64,000 nucleotides of DNA, from positions 52,452,001 through 52,516,000 of the forward strand of contig CM059439.1 in the NCBI GenBank assembly GCA_030390025.1, written 5' to 3'. The notes under the pieces are model-generated. The model did no database searches and had not been told where the DNA came from. It saw only the letters and a program-made list of their open reading frames with translations. Below, one piece after another: positions 14,522 through 26,570 of this stretch; position 1 is the first letter of the stretch, and the number at the start of each line of letters is the position of its first letter. The translations under genes and the position numbers were made by a program. Origin of the DNA: Squalus acanthias (taxonomy: Eukaryota).

Positions 14522-14702
14522 GGAAAACGAAGTAGAAGAGGTCAAAGAGGAAGGCCCAAAGGAAATGACCCTGGATGAGTGGAAAGCCATGCAAGATAAA
14601 GAACGGGCAAAAGCTGAGTTTAACATCCGTAAGCCTAATGAGGGTTGTGACAGCAGTCAGTGGAAAAAGGGTTTTGTTTTGCGCAAGCCTAAAACCGAGG
14701 AG
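14522..14702 (+). CDS. SERBP1: SERBP1 exon (exon 6 equivalent)
   Basis: [60 protein letters not shown] (EMTLDEWK motif); cacAG acceptor, GAG|GTAAGT donor. Confidence 0.97.
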
Positions 14703-17681
14703 GTAAGTACAGCACAGTTCTGATTGCAGAACTAAATTATTCAGTCTTGTATTGAATAATCTTGAATGGTTATTCTTGCAGTAAATTGTTTTTTATTTAA
14801 AAAATAAATATTGTTCTAACTGTTGCTGTGCCATAGTTTTATTTAGTAAACCTTGTCATTGTAGCTAGACAGCTAACATTTTAGGAATCATGAAAATGTC
14901 AGTTTGTAGAATTGGGCCAAAGTTACACTTGTAGTTGTGAAAACCACAAAACTTACAATGTTTCCTATCTAATAAGTATAAATCGTATGATAACGGCCGT
15001 CATGCAGTACATCACTTCTGATTTTTCAGTAGCCTATGAGCTTACACTTTTGTATCTCTATCAATGCCAAAAATTTATATTCAGAAATGTTTTGCATTTT
15101 TATTTGCTAGAAACGTTTTGAGAATGAAGCAGATGTTCATACCTTGGAATATACGGTAATACATTTCCTATAACTTTGTAAATTTTCAATTTTTTTCTCC
15201 GTGTTTATTGTTGCCGAGCTTTGTCATAAATTCCTTAGTATCCCAACAATTTCTATAATTTTATAAGTCCATCACTTTGGATATTTAATACTTATGCAGT
15301 AGATGAAATACAGTAGAAACAGTTAAAGGCCAATTGCGCTCTAGTGAAAACTGCGTGTTCTAAAATATGCCAGTCGAAACTGTTTACAGTTCTTCAGAGA
15401 TGCGACTATACAGAGAGAGCATGTTTTGGATCAGTGCTGGAAATTGCTGGTGTAGTAAACCTTTAGGGTCAATATAGAGAGCATAATGAATGGTTGAAGA
15501 CTTAACAAAAAGAAAACACTAGATATGGCCAGGCTTAGTGTTTGAAAGCACTTACAACCTCGTAAAGCTGCCTGGATTTGTCAGTACCTATTGACACTAA
15601 AAATGCTTATTTAAAGAAATTTTGGATTATCAGCATTACGGTTCAACACATCATCACTTTTTGAAGGTTACTGCATAGTAAGCTGAATTCTGGCAGTCCT
15701 ATTTAATCATGAGTGGTATTGGGAGATGGCGTTTAATTATACTTTGTTAAAATTGTGTTCTGGAATAAATACTTGGACTGGGCACACAATTCAATTTTAG
15801 CTTCACCTTGTATGGATATTTTGTTTCCAAATGCATTATAATTTCTGCAATTTGTAATTCCATACCATTCCCCCTAATGTGTTGGCAAAAGACTAAAGTG
15901 ATAGTTGGTCAATTAATACCACGGCTTCCCATTTATATCCTTTTGAAGATGTTATGAAATGTAATTGCAATCCTTTAATCTCCATGCATCTCTAGTCAGA
16001 TCCTACTGATACAACCTGTGGAGTAGTATCATGGTTCCTCACTGTTAGATGAACTAACCGCTTCTGGATATCTGGAAAAGCAGTTTTGTGATTGTCAATA
16101 CAGAATATAAAACACTACAGCTCGTCTCATCCCTTGATGTAATTGCACTATTGGGTTTACAAAGAAAGCGTTAGTGTCAGGTTTTCCTAAATTGCATTGA
16201 CTTCAACATTAGCTGAGCTTTAACTTTTTCAGTTTTGTCTGTTCTGTATACAATTTGGAAAGCACTTTCATTTTAGGAGAAATATATTCATTTTAGAACT
16301 TCTTGTAGAATTTTTTATTGGAATGCTGATATAGATATTGGCTACAGCCCAAGGTTAGTTCATTTTAGCCCTGTCATAGTGCCTTCACCTTCAATATATA
16401 TTACAGGTTTTAAAAACTTGGTGATGCCTTTGATTAAACCACTCCCAAAAATGTGTTTGTATCTGCTTTAGTACATACTCAGTAACAGACTCATGCATGT
16501 CTGCTGTCTTGAAAATGCAGCATGGATTTAATTTCTTGAGAGTGAAGGTCTTCCCATTTTTTTCCCTACAGTTTGGCATGATGGTGCACAATTATCACTC
16601 AATTGCATTTTAAAGATTTCTCCTAGTGGTGAACAAGCCCCTGTGATTGTCTTTGACCTCAGCATCAAGATTCATTTAGCTGAGGGTAATGGTTGCCCAT
16701 TCCATTCAAATTCTGATTTGGTTTCTGTTAAAAATGCCTCTCCAATTATTCGGATTCCTTCAGCTGAGGGCAAGAGTCTGGGCAGCAGACTTGCCAGTTT
16801 TAGCTTCTGCGCTGCTTTCAGATATGTTGTCTCGATCTTTTTTTGGAAATAACATTGGTGCACTAAGGATATGCCAAATAGCTTTTCTGTATTATGTGAT
16901 TCCTCGTATTTCAAAACTTACTTGTATTTTTGTCATTTTCGCAGGGCCTTGAGCTAAGTTGGGGGTTTGATAACTGTCATTGTGAGTTTCCCTGCTCAAA
17001 ATAAAAATGTCTCCAGGAGGGGCAATTCTATGGGCTTGCACTGGTCTTGCTGAATTTTTCTTCCTCTCCCCCACCCCATCCCTCATGGTGAAATGTTACA
17101 TCCAATAACTTGACTGAGGGTTGACTAATCATTGTCTTTTTAAGTGCAATTTAAGTTGATTAAGATTCAAGCTACACAGTCGATCTGTAGAGGCAATTGA
17201 ACATTTCCACACTTGGCTCTTGATCCACATTGAAATTCCAGTTGTAATATAATTGTAAATGCAGATTGGTTCTGACTTTTGAATGTGGGTCTACATTTTT
17301 CCCCAGTTTGCATTCGGCTTTACCTAGTAATTCCAAACGATTAATAAAATTAGACCGGATAAAGTATACTGAAGAACAATGCAAATTATTTTCTATACTC
17401 CTCAAAATCTTCAGACTATCTTAAACTAACTTTGTATTTTGAATTGGAAATCAAATGGAATGTAGGAAAGTTGGTTTTTAGAAACTGCAGTTTCACATTT
17501 TTGGTTCTCTGTTCACAGTAGCTTTAAGCATTGGAGGATCTTGTATCTTCTGAGCACTTTGAATATGCATGTCTTTTGGGTGAGCAGAGAAAGAAGTCTC
17601 CACATATAATGTTTCCATTTGAGAGATTTATGAAATTAATGCATTGTGGCATGAAATGTGAACTGAATTTCTTTTTATTAG

Positions 17682-17879
17682 GTCTCTGCTGACGAATCTG
17701 GTCTGGAGCATCACTTCCGCAAACCAGCAAATGATATAACCTCCCAGCTGGAAATCAATTTTGGTGATTTGGGTCGCCCTGGCCGTGGTGGCAGAGGAGG
17801 TCGAGGTGGTCGTGGACGTGGTGGTGGTGGTGGTGGCGGCGGTGGCGGCAGGAGCATCCGTGGAATGAGACCTGACAAG
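17682..17879 (+). CDS. SERBP1: SERBP1 exon (exon 7 equivalent), RGG box
   Basis: [46 protein letters not shown](G10)[10 protein letters not shown]; ttattAG acceptor, AAG|GTATCA donor. Confidence 0.96.
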
Positions 17880-20599
17880 GTATCAATAGCACTTCTGTAT
17901 AGCGTTGGATGGAATGGTACTTTCCAGCCAAGTTATTCAAACCGAGTTAAAGATTTAGAAAACAAGTAACACTGCTCATAATGGTTAACGACAGTGTCCA
18001 ATATCATACTAAGCTGTAGAGACCAGAAAGTCCTAGGTTTGTTTCCGGTTCTTTGCTGAGTTCACTTCACTCGAGAGCAGTTGGTGTGGTACAATTGGCT
18101 TTAGTGTGTGGGACTAGGGAAAGAGAAATTCAGCCATGATTTCTACTGCTGATCACTATTCAGTGATTACTGCTGGAAAGTGTACGTATATGGATGGCTT
18201 TGAAAGAAGAAAGACAGACTTGCATTTATATAGCACCTTTCATAACCTCAGGACATCCCAAAGCGCTTTACAGCCAATGAAGTACTTTTGAAGTGCAGTC
18301 ACTGTTGTAATCCAGGAACCTCCTGAGGTTGAGAGGCAGTGCAAATGCAAATTCTTTCTTGTGAGCACCTGCTCTTAGGTGAAGCTTCTGCCACAACCAG
18401 GGGAAAAGGATTGTTAGGATTTCAATAAAGCTGGTTAATGCTCAATGTGAAGAGTGTTGACCTTGTTTACCCTTCTTGCTTTTTCCCTCTATCTCCCTGT
18501 TGGCAGGTTGAGAGTTTCTTAATGAAGGTGGAGCTTGCTAAATCTGATCAGCGAGTGTGCAACTGTTGTAGAATCACTAGGTAGTATTTTACTGAACTGG
18601 GTAAACTGTGCCTTCAATGTCCCAGAAAAGCTAATCAAGTACATGCATATCTATTTTAAAAAAAAATCAGTATTTATTAAACTAAAGCAGATTTTTTTAA
18701 AATCCCTGCATGAAACAATCTGATGCATAGATTGATCAAAGCCTCATTTCATAGTTGTCACTGGGCTCTTTAAGCACAGCAAGCAAGGAGTTTGCTGAAA
18801 ACTCTTCTCACTGTTCAGCTCTCACAGATGATCTCAAGTTTCCTGCTCCAATTTACAGCATTTTCCATTTAAACATTGAACATAACCCACTAAACGTCAA
18901 TTTTTTCTTAAAACCGTGCAAAACATTTTAATGTTTGTTAAATTAAAAAAAATAACTGATCCTGGCCCAAGCACTGAAGAGTACAATATTTGATTTAACT
19001 GTTTAAACATGGAATCCATAACCTGTTAAATTGTGGGCATGTGCAGTGTGGTTTTTTAATAAAACCGCCAATAGGCCTTGAGCAAGGATGAGGCCAGCCA
19101 AAAGACCTCCCCTCCAATTAGGGTGTGCCATTAAATCACAGCATATCTGGTTGCTGCCAGTTTGTGTTGAGTACAGTTACTATGTTTTTTTGAGGTTTTG
19201 GTAACTAAAATTTCAGAGTAAATTTGATAACTTCAAATGTGGAGCAAACACTTCTTTATTTTATGTAAAAACTGTGCAGTGTGATTTTTCACTGCATGTG
19301 AGATGTGACCTCCCAGGTACTGAAACGATTTTGAGGCGTATAGGTTATGTACAAGAGAAACTTGTGAAAACTGCAAGTGCAGTCTGGAATCTTAAGTCTG
19401 CAAATTTTATCAGTTTATCATTAATAATTAGCTGCATTTTTATCAGTGGTACAGCAGCAAAATGTTGAACAGATTAAAAATATTCTCATGGGTGGGAATA
19501 GTTTTGCATGAATGCAATCCAGTGATGGGAAGGTTGATCCCATCATCTATACTAGACCTGGAGGTGGTAGGAAGGTTTGTTTTATAAAGTTGAGTGTACG
19601 GTATTCATCTCTTCTAGAATTGTGCAGGCAGGTTTTTTAGTGGTGTCAGTGCACTTGTTATCATGCTTAAAGTTGCTATAATTTGAACAATAAAATTGCA
19701 AGTGGTTCTCAATTTGTACTAGAAATATTTTGAACTGGTTATCAATGGTACATGGACAAATAGAAAATATTTTAATAGGATTTTAAAACCTGAGTGCACC
19801 CATGTTTTGTTAGCTGTTGTAGTGCGAGCAAAATACTGCTCTATGCTCATCTAAATAATATCCAAGATTGAGAGAAGTTGTACTTTACTGTTGCTTAAAT
19901 ATTATGGATTAGTTGACTTGAAATGAGATGTTTAAAGATGCATGTATCAATCAATATTTTTAAGTTAGAATGAGCAGTTGCACTTTGTCAATTGGCAGGA
20001 CTGTAGTTATACTTTTCTGTTCGTGCATGTTTAAATCTAATGAAATCTTAAACCAATTCAATAGCTGTAATAAGTCAGTGGAATTGCAAAAGTTTAAAAA
20101 ATAAAATAAAAATTAAGATCTTACCAGCTAACAATTTCTAGTTGCAACCCCAATTCATATAAACTGTGTCACATCTGGGGCCTGCAAGACTCACTGTCGC
20201 ATCACACATTTTCCCACTGATGAGCAGCAATGGCTCTGTAGATGAAATGTTCTTTCTAACTGCTCAAAAATAGAAGCCAGTCCTTCAGCTATGGCTTGAC
20301 AAACGGGTATGTGCATGCTTTGGGGACCCAAGTGCCAGACAGCTGTAGTATTTTCTGTTATCTTAACTCACCTCTCATTGCCTAATGAGTGCTGCTCCTA
20401 TAGTGATAGGTTTGTTTCAAAGCACATACGGCTGCAACAGGAAACCTTGTTTGAACCTTATGATTTAAATAATTGGGGAATGATTAATGTTGAGCACTCT
20501 AATATTTGGTCTGGTAAAAGTCAGTCTTCAAGATGACAATTGTTGAACTGTGCCTAAAGATACAAGTCATAACTTTTCCTTCAACACAATGAAAGTTAA

Positions 20600-21570
20600 A
20601 ATTGAGGCTAGTACAGTGGATTAGCATAGTATGATTTCACCTCGAGTAAACTGGCTTCAAATCCAATCCATGGCAGTGGAGTGAAAGCCTATTCTGCCAA
20701 CTATGTAAATTGGCAAACTCAAATCTAATTCCTTATGGATGTGGGTAAGAAGTGCAGAATTATCCACAAATGGGCAATAAATCTACAGTCTTGTTCAGAA
20801 GTTAAGATTTAGTATGGTCAAAGAATGTAAGGAGCCCTCTTCTGAGTTTAGGTATTAAGGGACATTGTTTGGCAGAGCAAGGGGAGTTTTACTCTCCATT
20901 TGCTTAGTGTACCTGGTCTAGTACTTTTGATGCTGGCACTTAATGCTGAAAGTGGGGCATTGCTTTATTTCTGGAACATTATAATCCTTGAATTTTGAGC
21001 AGAAAGTTTAACAGAAGGTCAGTACTTTTACACAATTTATACTAGGTTGCATAGTCTGAGCTTTCAGATTCAAGACTTGCTGGCTGACGTGATGCAGCTT
21101 CAGCTGTAAATACCATTCCTATACATGCTCCACAATGTATTATGATACTGGGGGGCGAAGGGGAGTAAACCAGCCAGTATTTAAAACTACTGACTTGCCT
21201 TTCGTTCCATCAGTTTAGGCTGCATTTAAACCCAGGTCCCAGATGTGATTTGTCTCCTCTAGCTGTAAAGGTTCTATGTGAAATGAGCATCAATTCCTAA
21301 TGGCCTTAATTTGGTACTAAAATTGTAATCTTTTTTATATTTAAAAAAAACCCCACAGGATGACTGGTGTGTGAAATGGAATATCACACTGGTGTAACAT
21401 GGAGTACTCCTCTTACATGGAGATTAAGGCACTTTATTGGGGCTGAATAGAGGGATTGTTGATTAGTAACTGGCCTGTGCACTTGATGCTGATACTGGAT
21501 GCCCGTAATGTAAACAGTTTCATTCGCTAGCACTAACATTCCTCAGTTGCATGAGCACAGGATTAAAGTA
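20600..21570 (+). mobile_element. Two decayed LF-SINE-like copies
   Basis: tttcacctc...ttcaaatcca and ctatgtgaaatgag motifs resemble the recalled LF-SINE consensus; similar heads at about 33790-33890 and 45075-45205. Confidence 0.5.
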
Positions 21571-22537
21571 AAACGTGAATGGTCAATTTAATCAGATGAG
21601 CATGAGATTTTTTGATTTGCTGCTTTTGAATATTGCACCTAGCAGCCCGTTTTGTTAATCGAGGCACTCAAATGCCCTTCAAATTCTTAGCATCTGGTTG
21701 CTTCGAGGTCGATGCACAAGAAAGCTGTTGTTCTCCTTGCATAAATAGACCAGTTTACCTTCCTTTTCATGCACCAGTACTTGAGGTGACACTTCATTCA
21801 ATCTGACTACATTTTCTCAGCAAGTAGTTTTTTGTTTCCAATTTTAAAACTTCCAGGAATTTTTTCAGTTTTCTCAGCAGGAACATTATTGGTTTTAATA
21901 GTTTTACTGCTTCCTTTAATTTATTGAAAGTAAATCAGAATACCAAAACTGTATCTTTAATAAAATATTTTCTTGGGTTGAACAGATTTAAAAAAAAAAA
22001 ATGCTTGAGTAAAGTAAAAATTTTGCTTTCCCTGTAGTGAGAGTGGACAGTATCATTTGTTTTCTCAAAAGGTGTCAACTAGTACCATTGATTTAACTTT
22101 CAAGATGAATCTGTAGGCATTCGGGTCTAGGATCTTGCAGGAGTACTAAACTCAATGGACTCGCTCACTTGTCTTCAATTTTCATTACTATAATCTTCTA
22201 AGTGTTGAGCATCACTGTACAAGGGATAGTTTTATTTCATATTGTAATCCAAACTCTACCAAAGAGTCATTTGATACTAAATTGTTAAGATATTGATTAT
22301 ATAAACTTGTTACTTCCCTTAAATTCTTAACAGTACTTTACATTGCAGTGAAATGAGCTGTCCAAATTTAAACCAGAAACCAGAATAAAGCACTGGAAAC
22401 CTAGACAACTCAAAAGATCTATTTTATATTTTGTTCCTTAATAGTGTTTCTGAATTTGCTTTTTATAGTGCTAGTTTTGTTGCACACCTCTTACTATACT
22501 CTGGGTTTTCTGATCAAATTTCTTTTTTATTTTGCAG

Positions 22538-22594
22538 TCTAGCATCTCTGTTCCAAATGTTGATGACCCAGAAGCTTTCCCAGCTCTGGCCTAA
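22538..22594 (+). CDS. SERBP1: SERBP1 terminal coding exon
   Basis: SSISVPNVDDPEAFPALA* (conserved DDPEAFPALA C-terminus); strong polypyrimidine tract ending tttgcAG; stop TAA at 22592-22594. Confidence 0.97.
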   Translation, partial: SSISVPNVDDPEAFPALA

Positions 22595-23780
22595 GTGGAT
22601 GTCGTCAGCCTGGCCTGAAATCCTCGGGGGGGGGCCCCCTCTATGAGGCTTGCATGCTTAAGGAACCCTTCTCAACTATATTAACAGAAAAAAAGGAAAA
22701 AAAAGACTGTCATCCATGCCATTCACACCTATGAACTGTCCACAAGGAATTGTTGAAATGGACTTCTCTTGCTACACAGAAGCAACAAATGTTGGTAGCT
22801 GGTTTTATATCCACAAAAAAGTAAATGGTAGCAGAGGAAAAAAGCTGTTTTCATAATAAATTTTCAGAAATTATGCATTCTTCATGGATTGATACTTTTT
22901 TGTATTGCTGCTTGAAAATATGCATTTCCAAACTTGAAATATAGGTGTGAAGAGTGTGCATCAATGAGTCCAATGAGGTGCTTTATTTCAACGCGTATAG
23001 AATCCTTTTGCCTTCATCAGATGAATTCTCTCCTAGTGCAATTTAGTATGCTGCTGATCTATGACCCAACTGGTGCAGTGGGTTTGGAGGAAATGCATCC
23101 TTGTGTAAGAATGGAAAAGGTACTTCTTGTCTCAAAGATAATTGTTTTTCTGGGAAGAAGCTGTCTGTTGTGGTTTGACGTTGCAAGGACTAGGATTCCA
23201 CTGCGCCCCCCCCCCTCCAATTGTTGCAGATTCTGAACATTTGCTGAAAGATCAATTTTGAATATTTTTGGCTAATGGAGCTTTTGTCACTGAAATGGAC
23301 ACTGGTTAGTACCCATTTTTTAAAAATTACTTCTCTTTTCTCCCTCCTCACCCCCTTCTAATCCACTCTGTTCATATACAGGCCTCACTGGACCATACGC
23401 CATCTGTGTCTGAGAGGATGGTGGGACTCGTGTTCTAGGCCCCTGCCAAATAGTGCTGTTTAGCCATCTGCTGGACCAGTGTGTCCAGGCAGCTCTGTTT
23501 GACATTCTATTTAATACTTCTCTTGCCCCTCTTCCTTCGGAGGTAATGAGAGGAGACTGGCCACTCTGCACAGCAACCTACATTATCTACTACTTTTTTA
23601 AGGCACTGGATTTATACTCTCAATTTGCTGAGCCACCTTGATGGTGTGGATTCTTTAAGTTTTAGTATTTATGGTGAGCCTGAAATACTGGAAACTAGGA
23701 TTTCAAAATAAATGCTGTAATGTGGAAGTCTAGCTTTTTTCTGTTGCTGAAGTTTTAATAAAAGAGTACTTTTGAAATGT
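22595..23780 (+). other. SERBP1: SERBP1 3'UTR with candidate polyadenylation signals
   Basis: Repeat-free AU-rich sequence after the stop; AATAAA at 22855, 23707 and 23757. The true 3' end cannot be fixed from DNA and may lie further downstream. Confidence 0.65.
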
Positions 23781-25489
23781 TACAAAAACAAGTGAGATAC
23801 CATTGACGTGTCAATTAACTTAGTGAAATGGTATTTCATTTTTTTTTTTAAATCTACAAATCCCAAGTTTAAATATACACATCTTGTGTATATTTTTGTC
23901 TGGTTGTTTTAACGTTGCCCCAGCAAGTTAAAATGGTCCATATAGTTGTTGCCAGATAGCAAATTGCTAGTTTTGTTTTGAACCCAGAAAGGCTCTTGTT
24001 TAGACATGGCGATAATGGCGCTTTTTATTAGTGTACTGCAAAAAATATCCCGATATTCACAAACTGGTAACCAATGTAAACTGTTAACGTGAGTTTGTTA
24101 CAGGTTTGCAACAGCTGAAAGATGTGTGTGGCTTATTGGCTTTATTGAGTTAATTTCTCCTTAGTTGAGTGTAATGGGTCAGACCTTGGTCTTTGACCTC
24201 TTGATGATGGGATGAGCATCTTCTCAATTTCAATCGCTTTCTTGCAGGGCAAGAGCCTGAAGTACAAAATTGCCCTTAATTTAGTATTTGAAAATCTTGT
24301 TACCCATGTCAGTCTTCCTGGTGCTATAGTTGAAACTGGAAGTATCTTTTGACATGTTGTTAAGGCATATTGGTGCAAAGTCCGGACAGCTTTGTTCTTC
24401 TAACTTACACTTGGCTTGCTTGATGTGGACACTAGATGTTTAAAAGAGGAAAGTGTCCCATATCCAGCATTTCAAAAAAGAAATCCATAAATTTCACCCA
24501 AAAACACTGCCTAATGTCAACATCTAGCCAGCTTCACTTTGTGAAAGATCTCAGCAAAAGGATGTGCAAAAGAGCACTACAGTTATTTTTTGGGGAAAGA
24601 TTTCTATCCATTCACTGGTGAAATCCACTAAATCTTTACATTGCAACCTTTCTGGTATGTCCTGTTAAATCCTTGATTCTTTTAGTAGAGATAACAAACC
24701 TATAAGCATAAATGGTCATTAACTGTTCCACATTTTATTAATCGTTGGAGCAGCAGATTTACTTGAAGTGTACAAGCTGTAGTCTATCGAATTACTCTAT
24801 CCCAGATGTTCTAAAGGTGGATTTTCCATACCTCTACTGCAAGGTACCCTGTTGTATGCATTTGGAATTGCTATTTGCATATGGGATAGGCTGGGGTGGA
24901 GAAACTGCTTATGTGGACCTTAACCCTCTTGTGATGAATGAGGAATGCTGTCCACAATTGAGTGTTCTCATTCATAATGTCCCATCATCGGAAGCTCGCC
25001 ATTAAATATCTGCTTCTGGACTGACTATCTAAGGGCCTTGGGAGTGACTGAAATGCTAGTAAGTGTATAGGTATCTACAACGCACTACTCTAGAACTTCA
25101 GCACGAGCTAGGCTGACGCTCTTAATGCAGTAGGAATGGAATCTTGAGGGTTTTTTTGAGGCATAGACCTTTAGGTGAGTTGTTAACTTGCGATCCTGTC
25201 TGCCTGCTTTTAAAGTTTAGGTGCAGATTAAAGATCCTATAGGATTTGAAGAATAGTTAATCTGCTTTTGATGGTTGAAGGAGGAATGTATCCTGGCCAA
25301 CATTACTCCCTCAACCACTACCACCAAAAATAGATTAACTAGTCATTCATCTCATTGTTTGTGGCAGTTTGCTGTGTGCAAAATGGCTGCTACATTTGCT
25401 TACATATGTTAGTACAATATAATTTATTCTATGCACATTGAAACATGAGAAGGTGCTATACATAAAAGCAAGTCCTCAATTTTTTTTCG

Positions 25490-26570
25490 TACTCTGCCTC
25501 TTCAAAAGAACCCATTCATAACCTCTGTTCTCTCTAACTACCACCGAATCTCCAACTTCCCTTTCCAATGACGTTGACATGTTCAAGATCTGTGCCCCTC
25601 TTTCCCATAACTATTTGTATTATTCCGATCTGGCCTTTGTCTCTCCCACAGCACTGACGCAGCCCAACAAAAGTCAAAAATGACATTCACTGACTAATTC
25701 ATTATTCCTCCTCAGCCTCTCTGCATTCTTAAATATGGTCAGATCATACATTCTGCGCCACTGCCCCTCTCGCAGTGTCCAGTTAAGTGCAACTATGTTT
25801 GATTGGTTTCAATGCTATCCGATTGTAGCCTGAATATCTCTAGCAACAGCTTTTCTTCCCATCCCTGCATTGTCATTTTAGGCGCTCCCCCTCTCCAAAG
25901 ATCCATCTTTGCCCCCTCTTCCTTATTAACATGCTGCTTCTTGGCAACAACATCTGCAGGTATAGGGTCAGCTAATAATGCTCTGCTCTACCCTTCCACC
26001 TCTTTAAGCCCTCTGCTATCAGATGACTTCTCCAAATTCAGTTTTGGAAGTGCCATAATTTCCTACAGCTAAACATTGGGAAGGCTAAAACCATATTCTT
26101 TAGCCCCAGCACAAACACCATATCCTTGCCACTGACTATTTCCCCCTACCTGACCACTCTTTCTGGCTGAATCACTGTTCTCAACTTTGGGCTGTTTGAT
26201 CATGTGCCATTTCCAACTCCATATCTTTTCCATCAAAAAGACCACCGTGTATCTATTTCTACATATACTACCTCAACCCATCTTCTGGTGAAACCCTCAC
26301 TCATGGCTTTGTCACTTCCTGATTCTCACTCCATTAATCTGGCCAGCCTGGTCCTGTATCAAACTCTGCACATATTCTATCTTACCTATCGCCCTCTTCC
26401 TCGCTGAACCTACTTTGGCTGCTGGTCCACAATGCTTCATTTAAAATCTCCAATTTAGTGTTTAAGTTCCTTCTTGGCCTTGCCCATCCCCATCTCTAAC
26501 TTTTTCCAGTCCTCCCCACCCCTCTTCCCCATACTCTTCTTCTGACTGACCTCTATCTGTCCCAGTATAA
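25490..26570 (+). mobile_element. Decayed L2 LINE
   Basis: Pyrimidine-rich RT remnants (SNYHRISNFPF, cagctaaacattgggaag, tttaaaatctc); similar copies at about 32440-33770(+), 34860-35440(-) and 39740-39925(-). Confidence 0.7.

Noticed and set aside
17516-17527. Acceptor-like CAGTAG about 160 nt upstream of SERBP1 exon 7
   Set aside because: Both options hit an immediate stop and there is no matching donor; insufficient support.
20217-20301. H/ACA snoRNA-like (hairpin, AAAATA, hairpin, ACA) or hammerhead-like CTGATGA
   Set aside because: Second hairpin is only about 24 nt, and there is no stem II-GAAA geometry; better explained as microexon splice signals.
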